The notes under the pieces are model-generated. The model ran no database searches, was not told where the DNA came from, and saw only the letters and a list, made by a program, of their open reading frames with translations. Below, in pieces: positions 1 to 9,952 of a stretch of DNA of 64,000 bases; the stretch's first letter is position 1, and every line of letters starts with the position of its first letter. The translations under genes were made by a program, and so were the position numbers. The stretch is from Vulcanimicrobiota bacterium (GTDB lineage: Bacteria; Vulcanimicrobiota; Vulcanimicrobiia; Vulcanimicrobiales; Vulcanimicrobiaceae): NCBI GenBank assembly GCA_963812155.1, contig CAWETW010000003.1, positions 512,001 to 576,000 on the forward strand, written 5' to 3'.

Positions 1-1720
1 TCGTCGATCGCGCTCTTTGCCGACCGCGCCCGCGCCGCCAACCATCGCTTCGTCTTGCGCGACGAAAACGTGAACACGGTTGCGCAAATCTGTCGCAGCC
101 TCGACGGCATTCCGCTTGCGATCGAACTGGCCGCCCCCTGGTCGGAGTCGTTGACGCTCGATGCCATCGTCGAAAATCTCGGCGGCCGGCTGCAACTGCT
201 CGGTCGCGGGCACCGCAGCGCGTTGTCGCGCGACCAGACGATGCGGGCGACTATCGACTGGAGTTACGAACTGCTCAGCGTACCGGAACAACGGCTTCTC
301 GAGCGTCTCGCGGTCTTCGCCGGCGGCTGCACGCTGGAGCTCGCCGAAACCGTCTGCTCGAACGCCGGGGTCGAAGAAGCCGGCGTGCTGGGGCTGCTCG
401 CGTCGTTGGCCGACAAATCACTGGTGACCGTGGAGCGGCCGGCGGACGGAGAGACGCGCTACGTACTCTTAGAAACGACGCGGCAGTTCGCGCGCGAACG
501 TCTCCGCGAACGCGGCGAGGAACAACGCATTGCGCGAGCGGCATGCCGAGGCATGTTTGGGCGTGGCCGTGCAGCTCGAACGCCTGCGCGTTGAAGTCAA
601 CAAACCGAATAATCGAGACGGACTTCCGGAATTTCGCGCATTACGCGATCGCGAGCGCGCGAATCTTCGCACGGCGATTGCGTGGTCGCTTGGCGACGGG
701 CGAAACGCCGAGTTGGGTCAGCGGCTCGTTTGCAGCGTATGGGGAATGCAGGGCGTCTGGGAAACGCAGTTCACCGAACCGTTGCGTTGGACTCGACGTG
801 CGCTCGAGTTGGCCGGGCCCGGCACGCCCCTAACGATCGCTGCACGGCTCGAGCGCATTTTGTGCCTGTACTTGGAGCAGCAACACCAGTTCGACGAAGC
901 GCTGGCTGCCGTGGAGCATTGGGCGGAGACGCTCGGCAAAATCGGCGAAACGACCGGAATGGGAAACGCGCTGACGATGGCGTACCTGCGACGCGGACGC
1001 CTCCCCGAAGCACGCTCCGTGGCAGAACGGCTCGTCGCGCTCCTGCGGGAACGCGAGGATCCTCGAGCGCTCGGTGAAGCGTTGCTGGGGCTTGCCGGTG
1101 CACTTTCGGCGCAAGAAATCTACCCCGAAGCCCATGCCGCGCTCCTCGAAGCGCGCAGCCTGTTGCAGATCGCCGGCGACGGCTATCTTTTAGGAATATG
1201 CGATTCCGAGCTCGCGACGTCGTTTTTCGGTCTCGACGACGTGCATGCAGCGCTTCCGTGCGCCGAGTCTGCAACCGCAACGCTGCGAGCGTGGCAGCAC
1301 GCTTTTTTGCCGGAGGCCCTGTCCAACGAAGCGACGTTTTTAATTGCCCTCGATCGCTTCGACGATGCCTACGAGCGTGCGATGGAATCCCTGGACGTCG
1401 CGCTGCGCAACTTTCCCCACGCGCCCGTGCGCGCGCTCTACGGCATTCAGCGCCTCGCCACCATCGCCGCACTGCGTCCGCACGCAAACGATGACGACGC
1501 GCGCGAAGCGTGGACGGCATCGGCAACCCTCTTGGGGTACGCGGACGCGCTCCTGACTGCCCGAGCCGCGTTTCGATTCCCGACCGACCAGGTCGACATC
1601 GATCGCGCCGGCAAGGCGTTGCGATCGCACCTCGGCCACGAGGCGGTGGACGAACTCTTTCGCGAGGGTGCCTCGCTAAGCGACGAGCGAGCGATCGCAT
1701 TAGCACGCTCGACGTTTTGA
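1..1720 (+). CDS. STAND/NB-ARC-type ATPase-TPR regulator (AfsR-like), 5'-truncated, frameshift near 540
   Basis: ICRSLDGIPLAIELAA, QTMRATIDWSYELL, RLAVFAGG, LADKSLV motifs. ORFs 55..594 and 530..1720 join at ~540 (ARERHAE). Closely parallels the next gene. Confidence 0.85.
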
Positions 1721-4293
1721 CCGCCGGGGTAGCGAACGAGCCCTCGGCGAAATGCCAAGCTACCGTGGAACGCGCGGGTCAAGGGCCGGCTCTTCCGGCA
1801 TTTGGGGCGCTCCTGCGCCGTCACCGTCTCGCGGCGGGGCTTTCTCTCGAGGAGCTCGCCGCGCGCGCGCACGTGAGTGCCAACGGCATCGGCGCGCTCG
1901 AACGCGGCCATCGGCGCACTCCGCAAAAGGAAACGCTCGCCCTGCTCGTCGCCGCGCTCGCGCTGGAAGGCGACGCGCGCAAAACATTTGAGGAGGCGGC
2001 GCGCTCGCCGGCCACGCGGCGCCCCGAGCCGCAGTCGCTTGACGAAGACCCATGCCCGATCGTCTCGACGCCCGACCTTCCGCTCGCGCTGACGACCTTC
2101 GTCGGCCGCGAGTCGGAACTGCGCGAAATCGCCGATCTCCTGCGCGCCGGTCGCCTGGTGACGATCACCGGAGCCGGCGGCGTGGGCAAAACGCAAACGG
2201 CGCTGCACGTCTGCGCCGCGCTGCCGCGCGCCCAACCGGTGTGTTTCGTGAGCCTCGCACCGCTGCGTGAAGCAGCGTTCGTCACCGAAACGATCGCGTC
2301 GGCGCTGGGCGTGCGCGAGGCCCAGCAGAGCCCGCTCCTCGGTGCGCTGCTGAACTACCTCAAGCATAAGACGGTGGTTCTGCTGCTCGACAACTGCGAG
2401 CACGTCCTCGAAGAATCGGCGAAAGTGGTCGCCGCCGTGTTGCGCCACTGTGGCGACGTACGAGTTCTTTGCACGAGTCGCGAGCCGCTGCGAGTCGCCG
2501 GCGAACACATCTATCGCTTAGCATCGCTGCGCGTCCCCTCGGCCGATCGAGCGCGAGCGATCACGCCCTCCGATGCCCTCGACTACGGCGCGGTCGCACT
2601 CTTTACCGATCGCGCCCGCGCGGCCGACCACGCATTTGCGCTGACCGACGAAAGCGTGCCGGTCATTGCGGGAATATGCCGTCGGCTCGACGGCATTCCG
2701 CTCGCGCTGGAGCTGGCCGCCGCGCGTTCCAATCTCTTTTCGCCGCACGATCTCGCGGTGCAGCTCGACGACCGGTTCCACATCCTCACCAAAGGCGAAC
2801 GCAGCGCCCTGCCGCGTCAACAGACGATGCGCGCGACCATTGCATGGAGTTACGATCTGTTGACCGCGCCGGAACGGCAGTTTTTCGAACGCCTCTCGGT
2901 ATTTGCGGGAGGCTGCACGATCGATGCGGTGATGCCGGTGTGTGGGGGCGACGACGCCCGCAGCGACGGCGTGTTCGACGTGCTGCCCTCGCTCGTCGAC
3001 AAGTCGCTGCTCCTGGTCGATCTCAACGGCGCGCAGCCGCGCTACGAGCTGCTGGATTCGTTCCGGTCGTACGCGCGTGAGAAATTGATCGACCGGGGCG
3101 AAGATCGGCTCGTCGCACACCGACACGCCGTCTTTTTTCTCGACGTCGCCGAGCGCCTGAACGCCGCCTATGACTCGCAGGCCGACGACGCGTGGAACGA
3201 ATCGGCAAAATCGGAGTTGGACAACTGGCGAGCAGCATTGCATTGGTTGGTGGTAGAGCGCGGCGACGTCGCGCTCGGGCAGCGCCTCACCGGCGCGCTG
3301 GCGCTGGTGTGGGCGCTGGTCGCGCCGTTCGACGGTCAGCGCTGGATCGCGCTGGAGCGCGATGCAGGCACCGGAAAAATCGACCCGAGCGTCGAGGCAG
3401 ACATCGATTTCGCGCAAGCGGCCATGGCCGGTAACCTCGGCGAGGTCGAGCTGCAACTGTCCAGCGCCGTTAAGGCGGTGGCGACGTACCGAGCGTTAGC
3501 TGACGATTACAAAACGGCGCTGGCTCTGAGTCAGGCCGGCCGCGCTCTGGCATGGCTCGGCAAGCTTGCCGAGTCGGAGAAAATGCTGACCGAAGCGATC
3601 GAGTTGGCGCGCAGAATCGGCCTGCGCAAGCACCTCGGCCACATGCTCCGAGGACTGAGTTTTGCGAGCAACGTCGGCGGCGACTTTGCGGCAGCGCGCG
3701 AGTACGTTGCAGAGGCGATTGCGATCTACGATCAAGTCGGTTCGCGACGCGGCGCAGCCATGGCGTTTTTTAGCGATCTTGCGGAGGTCGAGTTGAACGC
3801 CGGGAATGCCGACGCCGCGTTAGGTTACACGCTGGAAGCCGTTCCCACGCTTCGAGCCTTCAACGCCGTCTCGCAGGTTGCTTCGGCGCTCGGCACGGCA
3901 GCGGCGTGCTGCATTCGCCTAAAGCGATACCGCGAAGCGTTGGAGTATGCGCGCGAAGCCCTATCGCTGGCGGTCGAATGCGGCGCCACCGGGCAGCTCG
4001 CCCGCGCGCTGCAGCGAATCGTCGCAGTAGCGGTGTTTTCTGCCGCCGATACGTCACCACCGTCTCAGCCGTTCGCGCGCACGGCTCGAATTCTCGGATT
4101 CCTCGAAGCACGCTTGGCGGCGCTGGGATCCCCGCGCTACCTGTACGACGCCGAAGAGTATGCGCGCGTAACGGAGCTTTTATCGAAGCGCATCGGCGCT
4201 GCAGATTTCGAACGACTCATCCACGAGGGTTCCTCCATGAGCGAGCACGAGGCCATCGACGAGGCACTTAGCCTCGATTACGCGGGCAGTTGA
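1717..4293 (+). CDS. XRE-HTH + STAND ATPase + TPR transcriptional regulator
   Basis: FGALLRRHRLAAGLSLEELA...ALERGHRRTP (XRE HTH), Walker A GAGGVGKT, Walker B LLLDNCEH, LDGIPLALELAA, helical C-terminus. TTG at 1717 overlaps the upstream TGA. Confidence 0.9.
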   Translation: MTAGVANEPSAKCQATVERAGQGPALPAFGALLRRHRLAAGLSLEELAARAHVSANGIGALERGHRRTPQKETLALLVAALALEGDARKTFEEAARSPATRRPEPQSLDEDPCPIVSTPDLPLALTTFVGRESELREIADLLRAGRLVTITGAGGVGKTQTALHVCAALPRAQPVCFVSLAPLREAAFVTETIASALGVREAQQSPLLGALLNYLKHKTVVLLLDNCEHVLEESAKVVAAVLRHCGDVRVLCTSREPLRVAGEHIYRLASLRVPSADRARAITPSDALDYGAVALFTDRARAADHAFALTDESVPVIAGICRRLDGIPLALELAAARSNLFSPHDLAVQLDDRFHILTKGERSALPRQQTMRATIAWSYDLLTAPERQFFERLSVFAGGCTIDAVMPVCGGDDARSDGVFDVLPSLVDKSLLLVDLNGAQPRYELLDSFRSYAREKLIDRGEDRLVAHRHAVFFLDVAERLNAAYDSQADDAWNESAKSELDNWRAALHWLVVERGDVALGQRLTGALALVWALVAPFDGQRWIALERDAGTGKIDPSVEADIDFAQAAMAGNLGEVELQLSSAVKAVATYRALADDYKTALALSQAGRALAWLGKLAESEKMLTEAIELARRIGLRKHLGHMLRGLSFASNVGGDFAAAREYVAEAIAIYDQVGSRRGAAMAFFSDLAEVELNAGNADAALGYTLEAVPTLRAFNAVSQVASALGTAAACCIRLKRYREALEYAREALSLAVECGATGQLARALQRIVAVAVFSAADTSPPSQPFARTARILGFLEARLAALGSPRYLYDAEEYARVTELLSKRIGAADFERLIHEGSSMSEHEAIDEALSLDYAGS

Positions 4294-4332
4294 AGCGCTC
4301 GCTTCGCACGTCGCTAACGTAAGGAGTTACAA

Positions 4333-5412
4333 ATGCCGAAACTCGAACGTGTTGCAGTTGGATTCGGATGTTTGACCGCAATCGTAATATTCTTCAACGT
4401 AAACGCACGGGGCTTGGGAGCCGGTGCCGGAGCGCAGCACCGGGCCGTTCAAACGGTCGCGCAGGTCACCGCAGCACCTACGCCGGGGTTTATTCCTTGG
4501 TACGCGTCGTCGCAAGTGCCATGGCCTTCTCCGCTTCCGTCGGCGGATGCCGCTATCGGCGGTGCCTTCGGTGCGGCGCTCCTCTACAACGACATAGTGA
4601 CGGCGCACAACGTGCCGGGCCTGGGAATGCTGGCCACCAACTCGTGCCAGTTCATTTGCTTCGGAGCGCCGGGCGTTGCATCTCACCACGTCTTTGCATA
4701 TGGCAGCGACGTCGACCCAACGGCGTATACCACCCAAGGCGCCCCCGACGATTGCACGCCGCTCGGCGCCGTGCTAGACGTCGGCTGTCCGGGTGACGTG
4801 GACAGTTCGGTTTTTTCCGTAACGTTCCACGGCAATCTGCCCCCCAACGGCGGGTATTTCGTCGCCGTCGACGGTAAGGCGAACCTCGGCGTTTTCAGAA
4901 ACATCATCGCCGGTTCGTCGGTCATCGCGGGCGCCGGAATCGGCACCCCCGAGCCTTCGCCGACACCCGGATCGCTGGTATCGCACACCGGCACCGGGCA
5001 GGGAGAGCTTCTGCTCGGAAGCTCCGCCGATTTCGTCACGTGCGACTACGGCGTATCGGCCGCCGGCACGCTCAGATGCAACAAACCCTTCGTCGCCGCC
5101 GGTTTCACCAGCTCGTCGGGCGGAATGCTTCCGAACGGCGCGTCGGGCGGATATGCGCCCGAGGCGTTCGCGGGCGGCGCCGCGACCTCGCATCCGAGAC
5201 TCGTTAGCGGAAGCTGCGCAAGCGGTTATTCGAAGTCGGTGCTCTGCACGTTTTCCAACCGTGTTTCGTTTACCGGCACGACGTACAACTGCACCGTCTC
5301 GGCGACTGGAGCGACGCCGATCGCCGTCAGTTACGAGAAAACCACAGCCGGATCGATTACCGTGCACGCAACGGCTTCCGGCACTTTCTCCTACATCTGT
5401 TTGGGGGCGTAG
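4333..5412 (+). CDS. Secreted Gly/Ser/Cys-rich protein with tail-fibre-like C-terminal beta domain
   Basis: AAGGAG RBS, N-terminal hydrophobic signal/anchor, C-terminus ...SITVHATASGTFSYICLGA. Confidence 0.6.
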   Translation: MPKLERVAVGFGCLTAIVIFFNVNARGLGAGAGAQHRAVQTVAQVTAAPTPGFIPWYASSQVPWPSPLPSADAAIGGAFGAALLYNDIVTAHNVPGLGMLATNSCQFICFGAPGVASHHVFAYGSDVDPTAYTTQGAPDDCTPLGAVLDVGCPGDVDSSVFSVTFHGNLPPNGGYFVAVDGKANLGVFRNIIAGSSVIAGAGIGTPEPSPTPGSLVSHTGTGQGELLLGSSADFVTCDYGVSAAGTLRCNKPFVAAGFTSSSGGMLPNGASGGYAPEAFAGGAATSHPRLVSGSCASGYSKSVLCTFSNRVSFTGTTYNCTVSATGATPIAVSYEKTTAGSITVHATASGTFSYICLGA

Positions 5413-5429
5413 ATGCGGCTCTGTGAAGC

Positions 5430-5852
5430 CTAACGGCGATCTCGCGGAATGACGTAGCGCGTCGCGGTATGCGTCTGGGTGTAGGCGCTGATCTTGTTGT
5501 CGACGAGGCCGGCGGCGAGTCCCGCGGCGCGCACTTGCGAATCGCTGGGCGACGCGCCGCGGCCTTTGGGATGGAAAATCCAGAGGCCGCCGTTGGGAAC
5601 GAGGTGCTTCGCCGCCGCAGCGATGCGCGCGAGATCGCGCAGTGCACCGACGCGAAGGAAGATGAGGTCGTACGCTCCGACGAGCCGGGTGCTCGGCGAT
5701 TTCGCCAGCAGTGAATTGAGCGCGGCGGTAAATTCGTCGTCGTGCTTGCCGAGCAGCGCGACCCGCGAGCCTTCGGCGACGCCGAGCTTGTCGAACAGCG
5801 AGCGGTGTGAGTAGTCGCGCTCTCCGGCGGCGCTCGTCCTTCGACTGCGCAT
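5430..5852 (-). CDS. DUF3052-like protein
   Basis: SLFDKLGV...GGLWIFHPKG...GLAAGLVDNK pattern. Start uncertain because it lies inside a REP-like repeat. Confidence 0.65.
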   Translation of the reverse strand: MRSRRTSAAGERDYSHRSLFDKLGVAEGSRVALLGKHDDEFTAALNSLLAKSPSTRLVGAYDLIFLRVGALRDLARIAAAAKHLVPNGGLWIFHPKGRGASPSDSQVRAAGLAAGLVDNKISAYTQTHTATRYVIPRDRR

Positions 5853-5911
5853 CGCTATCGCGATGCTTCGCTCAGGATGACACTCCTCAAGGATGTTCCG
5901 CTCAGTGTGAC
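5834..5911. repeat. REP-like palindromic element plus partial copy
   Basis: TCGTCCTTCGACTGC-[GCATCGC TATC GCGATGC hairpin]-TTCGCTCAGGATGAC, then TTCCGCTCAGTGTGAC. Confidence 0.85.
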
Positions 5912-5921
5912 GACTTCGGAG

Positions 5922-6689
5922 CTAATAGGGGCCGCCTTTGACGATGCTCGCGCGGAGGTTTTGTGTCTCCAACGTCGGCTCGACGTTAAGCCAGCGGCGC
6001 AGGTAACGCTCCAAATCGTCGTATTCGGCGAGAGCCTGGGCGCGGCGCCCGGTTCGGGCGAAGGAAATCATCGTGAGCTGGGTCGCTCGTTCGTTGGCGC
6101 GATCGACGGCGACGAGTTCTAACGCGAAATTCGTCGCGTGGGCGTAGTCGCATACCTCGAGCGCATTGTTGGCCAGAGACTCTAACATCGTCGCGTACAT
6201 ATGCTCGAAACGCACGCGTAACGGAACGACCCAGTCGGAGTTATCGCCGCTTAAGAAAGCGCCGGCATAAATCTTCACGCCGTGCGAATACGCGTCCGGA
6301 GTGCCTCGGTCGAAGCATTCTTCGAGAACGTCAATGTCGCGCAAGATCCGCAATTCCGGATTCCAGCCGTACGTCGAGTCGAGATAGACGATCGGGTTGA
6401 CGCCCGGAACGATCGACCGCAAAGCCGTGCGAGCGCCGCTTGCCGCGATATGTAACCGATGCGCGCTTTCGCCGGCATCCAGGTCCGGCCATAGCGCGTC
6501 GGCGAGCGATTGGCACGCGACCGACGCATTCACGTGGTTCGCTAAATAGCGCAGAAAATGACCACCAGCGGCTCGTGAAGGCGCTCTTTGCCACGCTTCG
6601 TTCGGAACGCGAAACGCGAAGAGCCCGAGGCAACGAAACTCGATCGTCGGCCGGTCGGCGCTCAAATCGAGGCTCGCGGACGCCATCAC
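5922..6689 (-). CDS. SARP-family activator (winged HTH + BTAD)
   Basis: FRCLGLF, SLADALWPD, YAGAFLSG..SDWV..LR, DRANERA...M...GRRAQALAEY...LNVEPTLET. AGGAG upstream. Confidence 0.9.
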   Translation of the reverse strand: MMASASLDLSADRPTIEFRCLGLFAFRVPNEAWQRAPSRAAGGHFLRYLANHVNASVACQSLADALWPDLDAGESAHRLHIAASGARTALRSIVPGVNPIVYLDSTYGWNPELRILRDIDVLEECFDRGTPDAYSHGVKIYAGAFLSGDNSDWVVPLRVRFEHMYATMLESLANNALEVCDYAHATNFALELVAVDRANERATQLTMISFARTGRRAQALAEYDDLERYLRRWLNVEPTLETQNLRASIVKGGPY

Positions 6690-6761
6690 CCGCTCCTAGC
6701 TCTAGCTGCTAAGAAGACTAGGTGCCGAGCGTAGCATCCGTGCGCTGGACCGTCAAGGCAA

Positions 6762-6802
6762 TCGGAGTCATCCACAGAGTGGATTCAGAGCGAACTGAGA
6801 GC
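6762..6802 (+). promoter_or_regulatory. Putative SARP operator: heptamer direct repeats with 11-bp period
   Basis: ACAGAGT (6774), TCAGAGC (6785), TGAGAGC (6796), plus TCGGAGT (6762, 12 bp earlier), between the SARP gene and the eCIS operon. Confidence 0.5.
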
Positions 6803-6899
6803 CGCTTTCGCAAGAAATCCGGAGCGCGCGGCGATTCGACCGAGCGCGAATCGCGAACGCGCGATGCCACACTGAGCCGATGCGGTACCGAACGGCTCG

Positions 6900-7160
6900 G
6901 TGAGCGAGCGATTCTCGCTGAGTCTCGACATCGAGGATGACGGTAAGGGTGGCCTTACGGTTTCCATACGGCCGCTCGACGAGGCGATTACGTTGAGCGT
7001 CCAGCGCACGACGCTGCTCATGACCGCGTGGCGCGAGGCGGACTCGCTCGTCCGCGCGCGGGTGGAGCACGCAGGCAGCGGATCGACGGGCTACGTCCAG
7101 AGCAACGATTCGCTGTTCGCGATCGGGCGCAAGATCGGGCTCGCCGCACACCATCGCTAA
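6900..7160 (+). CDS. Small hypothetical protein, first gene of the eCIS operon
   Basis: 86-aa ORF ending 15 bp before the sheath start; LLMTAWRE...VRARVEHAGSGSTGY. Confidence 0.6.
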   Translation: MSERFSLSLDIEDDGKGGLTVSIRPLDEAITLSVQRTTLLMTAWREADSLVRARVEHAGSGSTGYVQSNDSLFAIGRKIGLAAHHR

Positions 7161-7175
7161 CGGAGGAACCCCAGG

Positions 7176-8708
7176 ATGTCAGCATCCCTGACCTACCCCG
7201 GCGTCTATATCGAAGAACTTCCCAGCGGCGTTCACAGCATCACGGGGGTCGCGACGTCCATCGGCGCGTTTGTGGGTTGGGCGCCCCAAGGCTCTATTAC
7301 GGCAGCCACGATGGTTGAGAGCTTCGCCGAGTATTCGATGCTCTTCGGCGGGCTCGACTCGCGGAGCGTCCTCGGTTATGCGGTCAATCATTTCTTCATC
7401 AACGGCGGCCGGCAGTGCTACGTGATTCGCCTCGTCGACGCGACCGACGCCACGACGGCAACAGGTTCCGCCGACACGCTCACGCTCTTCGCGAACAATC
7501 CCGGGAACTGGGGAAACAACCTGCGTATCACGCTCACGCCCAACGGCACCAGGTTCAGCATCCTCGTCGAGATGTTGCTGCCGAGCGGCAGACTTTCAGA
7601 CGCTCGAGAGTTTCGTCAATCTGTCGACGACGAGCACCGACCCGCAGTACTGCGTCACCGTCATCGACAACGACTCAAACTACATTAGCTTCATCGACCA
7701 GGCGGGGACACTGCACGCTCCGTCCGCTTCCCCCACCATCACCGTCACCAGGGCCGCCCTCACCACCGGTTTCGACGGCACCGTGCTCGTGCCGAACGAC
7801 GGCAACTTCGAAACCGCTCTGCTGCCGCCTAGTAACGTTGGCGGCGTCGATCTGCTCAACAGCGTCGACATCTTCAACTTGCTCTGCGTGCCGGGCGAGA
7901 ACACCGCCAGCGCCGTCACGGGGCTTCAAACCTATTGCTTCAACAGTCGAGCGTTCCTCATCGTCGACGCCCCCCAGGTCGCTACTCACGCGAATCTTCA
8001 ATCCTTCGACGCGCCGGCGGGAATGCCGTTCCCGACTACCGTCATCGGCGCGCGACGCTGCGAGCTCCGCGTACTACTTCCCGTGGGTGCTTGCGCCCGA
8101 TCCGCTGTTCGGGAATCGGCCGGCGCTGTTTCCGCCGTGCGGCTTCGTCGCCGGCATCTACGCAGCGACCGATGCGAGCCGCGGCGTGTGGAAGGCGCCG
8201 GCGGGAATCGACGCCAGCCTCAGCGGCGAGCAAGGCCTGCAATATAGCCTGACCGATGCGCAGAACGGCGATCTCAATCCGGCGCCATCAATTGCCTGCG
8301 TCATTTCAAGGCTCTACGGCGACGTGGTCTGGGGCGCGCGCACGCTGGCCGGCAACGATCAGACCGGATCGCAGTGGAAATACGTTCCGATACGGCGGCT
8401 CGCGCTCTACATCGAAGTCCAGCCTTTACGACGGCACGCAGTGGGTCGTCTTCGAGCCGAACGACGAGCCGTCTCTGGGGTCAGATCCGGATGAACGTCG
8501 GCGCCTTCATGCAGGGTCTGTTCCTGCAAGGCGCGTTTCCCGGCACGACGCCGCAGCAGGCCTACTTCGTGAAATGCGATGCGGAGAACAATCCGCCGGC
8601 CAGCGTCGACGCTCGGCGTCGTCAACATCCTTAGTCGGATTCGCGCCGTAATATCCGGCCGAGTTCGTCGTGATTCAGATTCAACAGATCGGCGGCCAAG
8701 GCTCGTAA
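7176..8708 (+). CDS. Contractile tail sheath (Afp2/3/4-like), multiply frameshifted as assembled
   Basis: TYPGVYIEELPSGVHSITGVATS, AVNHFFINGG, RGVWKAPAG, VWGARTL, WKYVPIRR, TQWVVFEPND, AYFVKCD, PAEFVVIQIQQ. Indels near 7595, 8052, 8282, 8310, 8417, 8472, 8611, 8633 and an in-frame TAA near 8650. Confidence 0.93.
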
Positions 8709-8723
8709 GTAAGGAATCCGAAC

Positions 8724-9253
8724 ATGCCCATGTTCCCAGCGAATCCCAAACGCCTCGACCCCTACAAGAACTTCAAGTTCCGGCTAAAGTGGGACGGCAA
8801 ATACGTCGCGGCGGTCAGCAAGATGAGCACGTTGAAGCGCACGACGGAGGTCGTCGAGCATCGCGACGGCGGCGATCCATCGACGTCGCACAAGTCGCCG
8901 GGCCGCACGAAGTACGACGCGATCACGCTGGAGCGCGGCCTGACCCAGGACTTGACTTTCCACGATTGGGCCGGCCTGGTCTGGAACTTACGGCTCGGCG
9001 TTGGGCTCGGAAGTGTCGCTCGCCAACTTCCGCAAAGACATCTATCTCGAGTTCTACAACGAGGCCGGGCAACTGGTGATCGCGTACAAGATCTACCGCT
9101 GCTGGGTTTCCGAGTATCAGGCGATGCCGCGATCTCGACGCCAACGCCAACGCCGTCGCGATCGAGCACATCAAGCTCGAGAACGAGGGCTGGGAGCGCG
9201 ACACGAGCGTCACCGAGCCGGTCGAGCCAACGCTCAGTTCGGTCGCGACGTAG
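8724..9253 (+). CDS. Tail tube protein (T4 gp19 / Afp1/5-like), frameshifted
   Basis: RLDPYKNFKFRLKWDG...SPGRTKYDAITLERG...FRKDIYLEFYNEAGQ...RCWVSEYQ...AVAIEHIKLENEGWERD; shifts near 8990 and 9130. Confidence 0.93.
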
Positions 9254-9256
9254 CCG

Positions 9257-9952
9257 ATGCGCCCGCTCGGCGCGTCCGACGTCATCGCGTTGTGGGAAGT
9301 GCGGCGCGCGCGCGAACCGCTCGACGTCGCCCTGCAAGCGATTGACGCGGCGTTTCCCGAGCCGAACGGCGAGAGCGCGGCGGACTGGCCGATCGGGCGC
9401 CGAAACCGCGCGTTGCTCGAACTTCGGCGAGCCGGCTTCGGCCCGGTTCTGCGCGGTTGGGTATATTGCCGCGGCTGCTCGGAGCCTCTCGAGTTCGGTC
9501 TCGATTCGCGCGACGTGCTGAGCGCTGCGTCGTCGCCGCAACGCGACGTGTGGGTCGGGCGGCGCACCTTCCGCTTGCCGACGAGCCGCGATCTCGTGGA
9601 GATTCGCGGCGACGATCCGGACGCGGCGGCGCTGCGGCTCGCGCAGCGCTGCTTCGCCGGCGATTCATCCGCGCATCTCGACTCGGACGACCTCGACGAC
9701 ATCGGACGGCAGATGGCGCTCGCCGATCCGCTGGCGGAGATCGCGCTCCACTTCGACTGCCCGGCGTGCGGTGAATCGTTCGACGAGAGCCTCGACCTGC
9801 CGGCATTCGTTTGCGCGGAGATCGAAGGCCTCGCCAAGCGGCTCCTGCGCGACGTTCACGTGCTGGCGCGCGCGTACACGTGGAGCGAATCAGAGATTCT
9901 TTCGCTCAGTCCGGCACGCCGCGAATTCTACTTGTCGCTGGTGAGCGCGTGA
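9257..9952 (+). CDS. eCIS baseplate/tail-assembly-chaperone-like protein with two CxxC motifs
   Basis: CRGC, FRLPTSRDL, DPLAEI..CPAC, C-terminal LLRDVHVLARAYTWSESEILSLSPARREFYL. Confidence 0.7.
   Translation: MRPLGASDVIALWEVRRAREPLDVALQAIDAAFPEPNGESAADWPIGRRNRALLELRRAGFGPVLRGWVYCRGCSEPLEFGLDSRDVLSAASSPQRDVWVGRRTFRLPTSRDLVEIRGDDPDAAALRLAQRCFAGDSSAHLDSDDLDDIGRQMALADPLAEIALHFDCPACGESFDESLDLPAFVCAEIEGLAKRLLRDVHVLARAYTWSESEILSLSPARREFYLSLVSA

Noticed and set aside
8980..9140. Programmed frameshifting in tube or sheath genes
   Set aside because: No slippery sites seen; breaks are numerous, fall inside conserved motifs and also affect unrelated genes.
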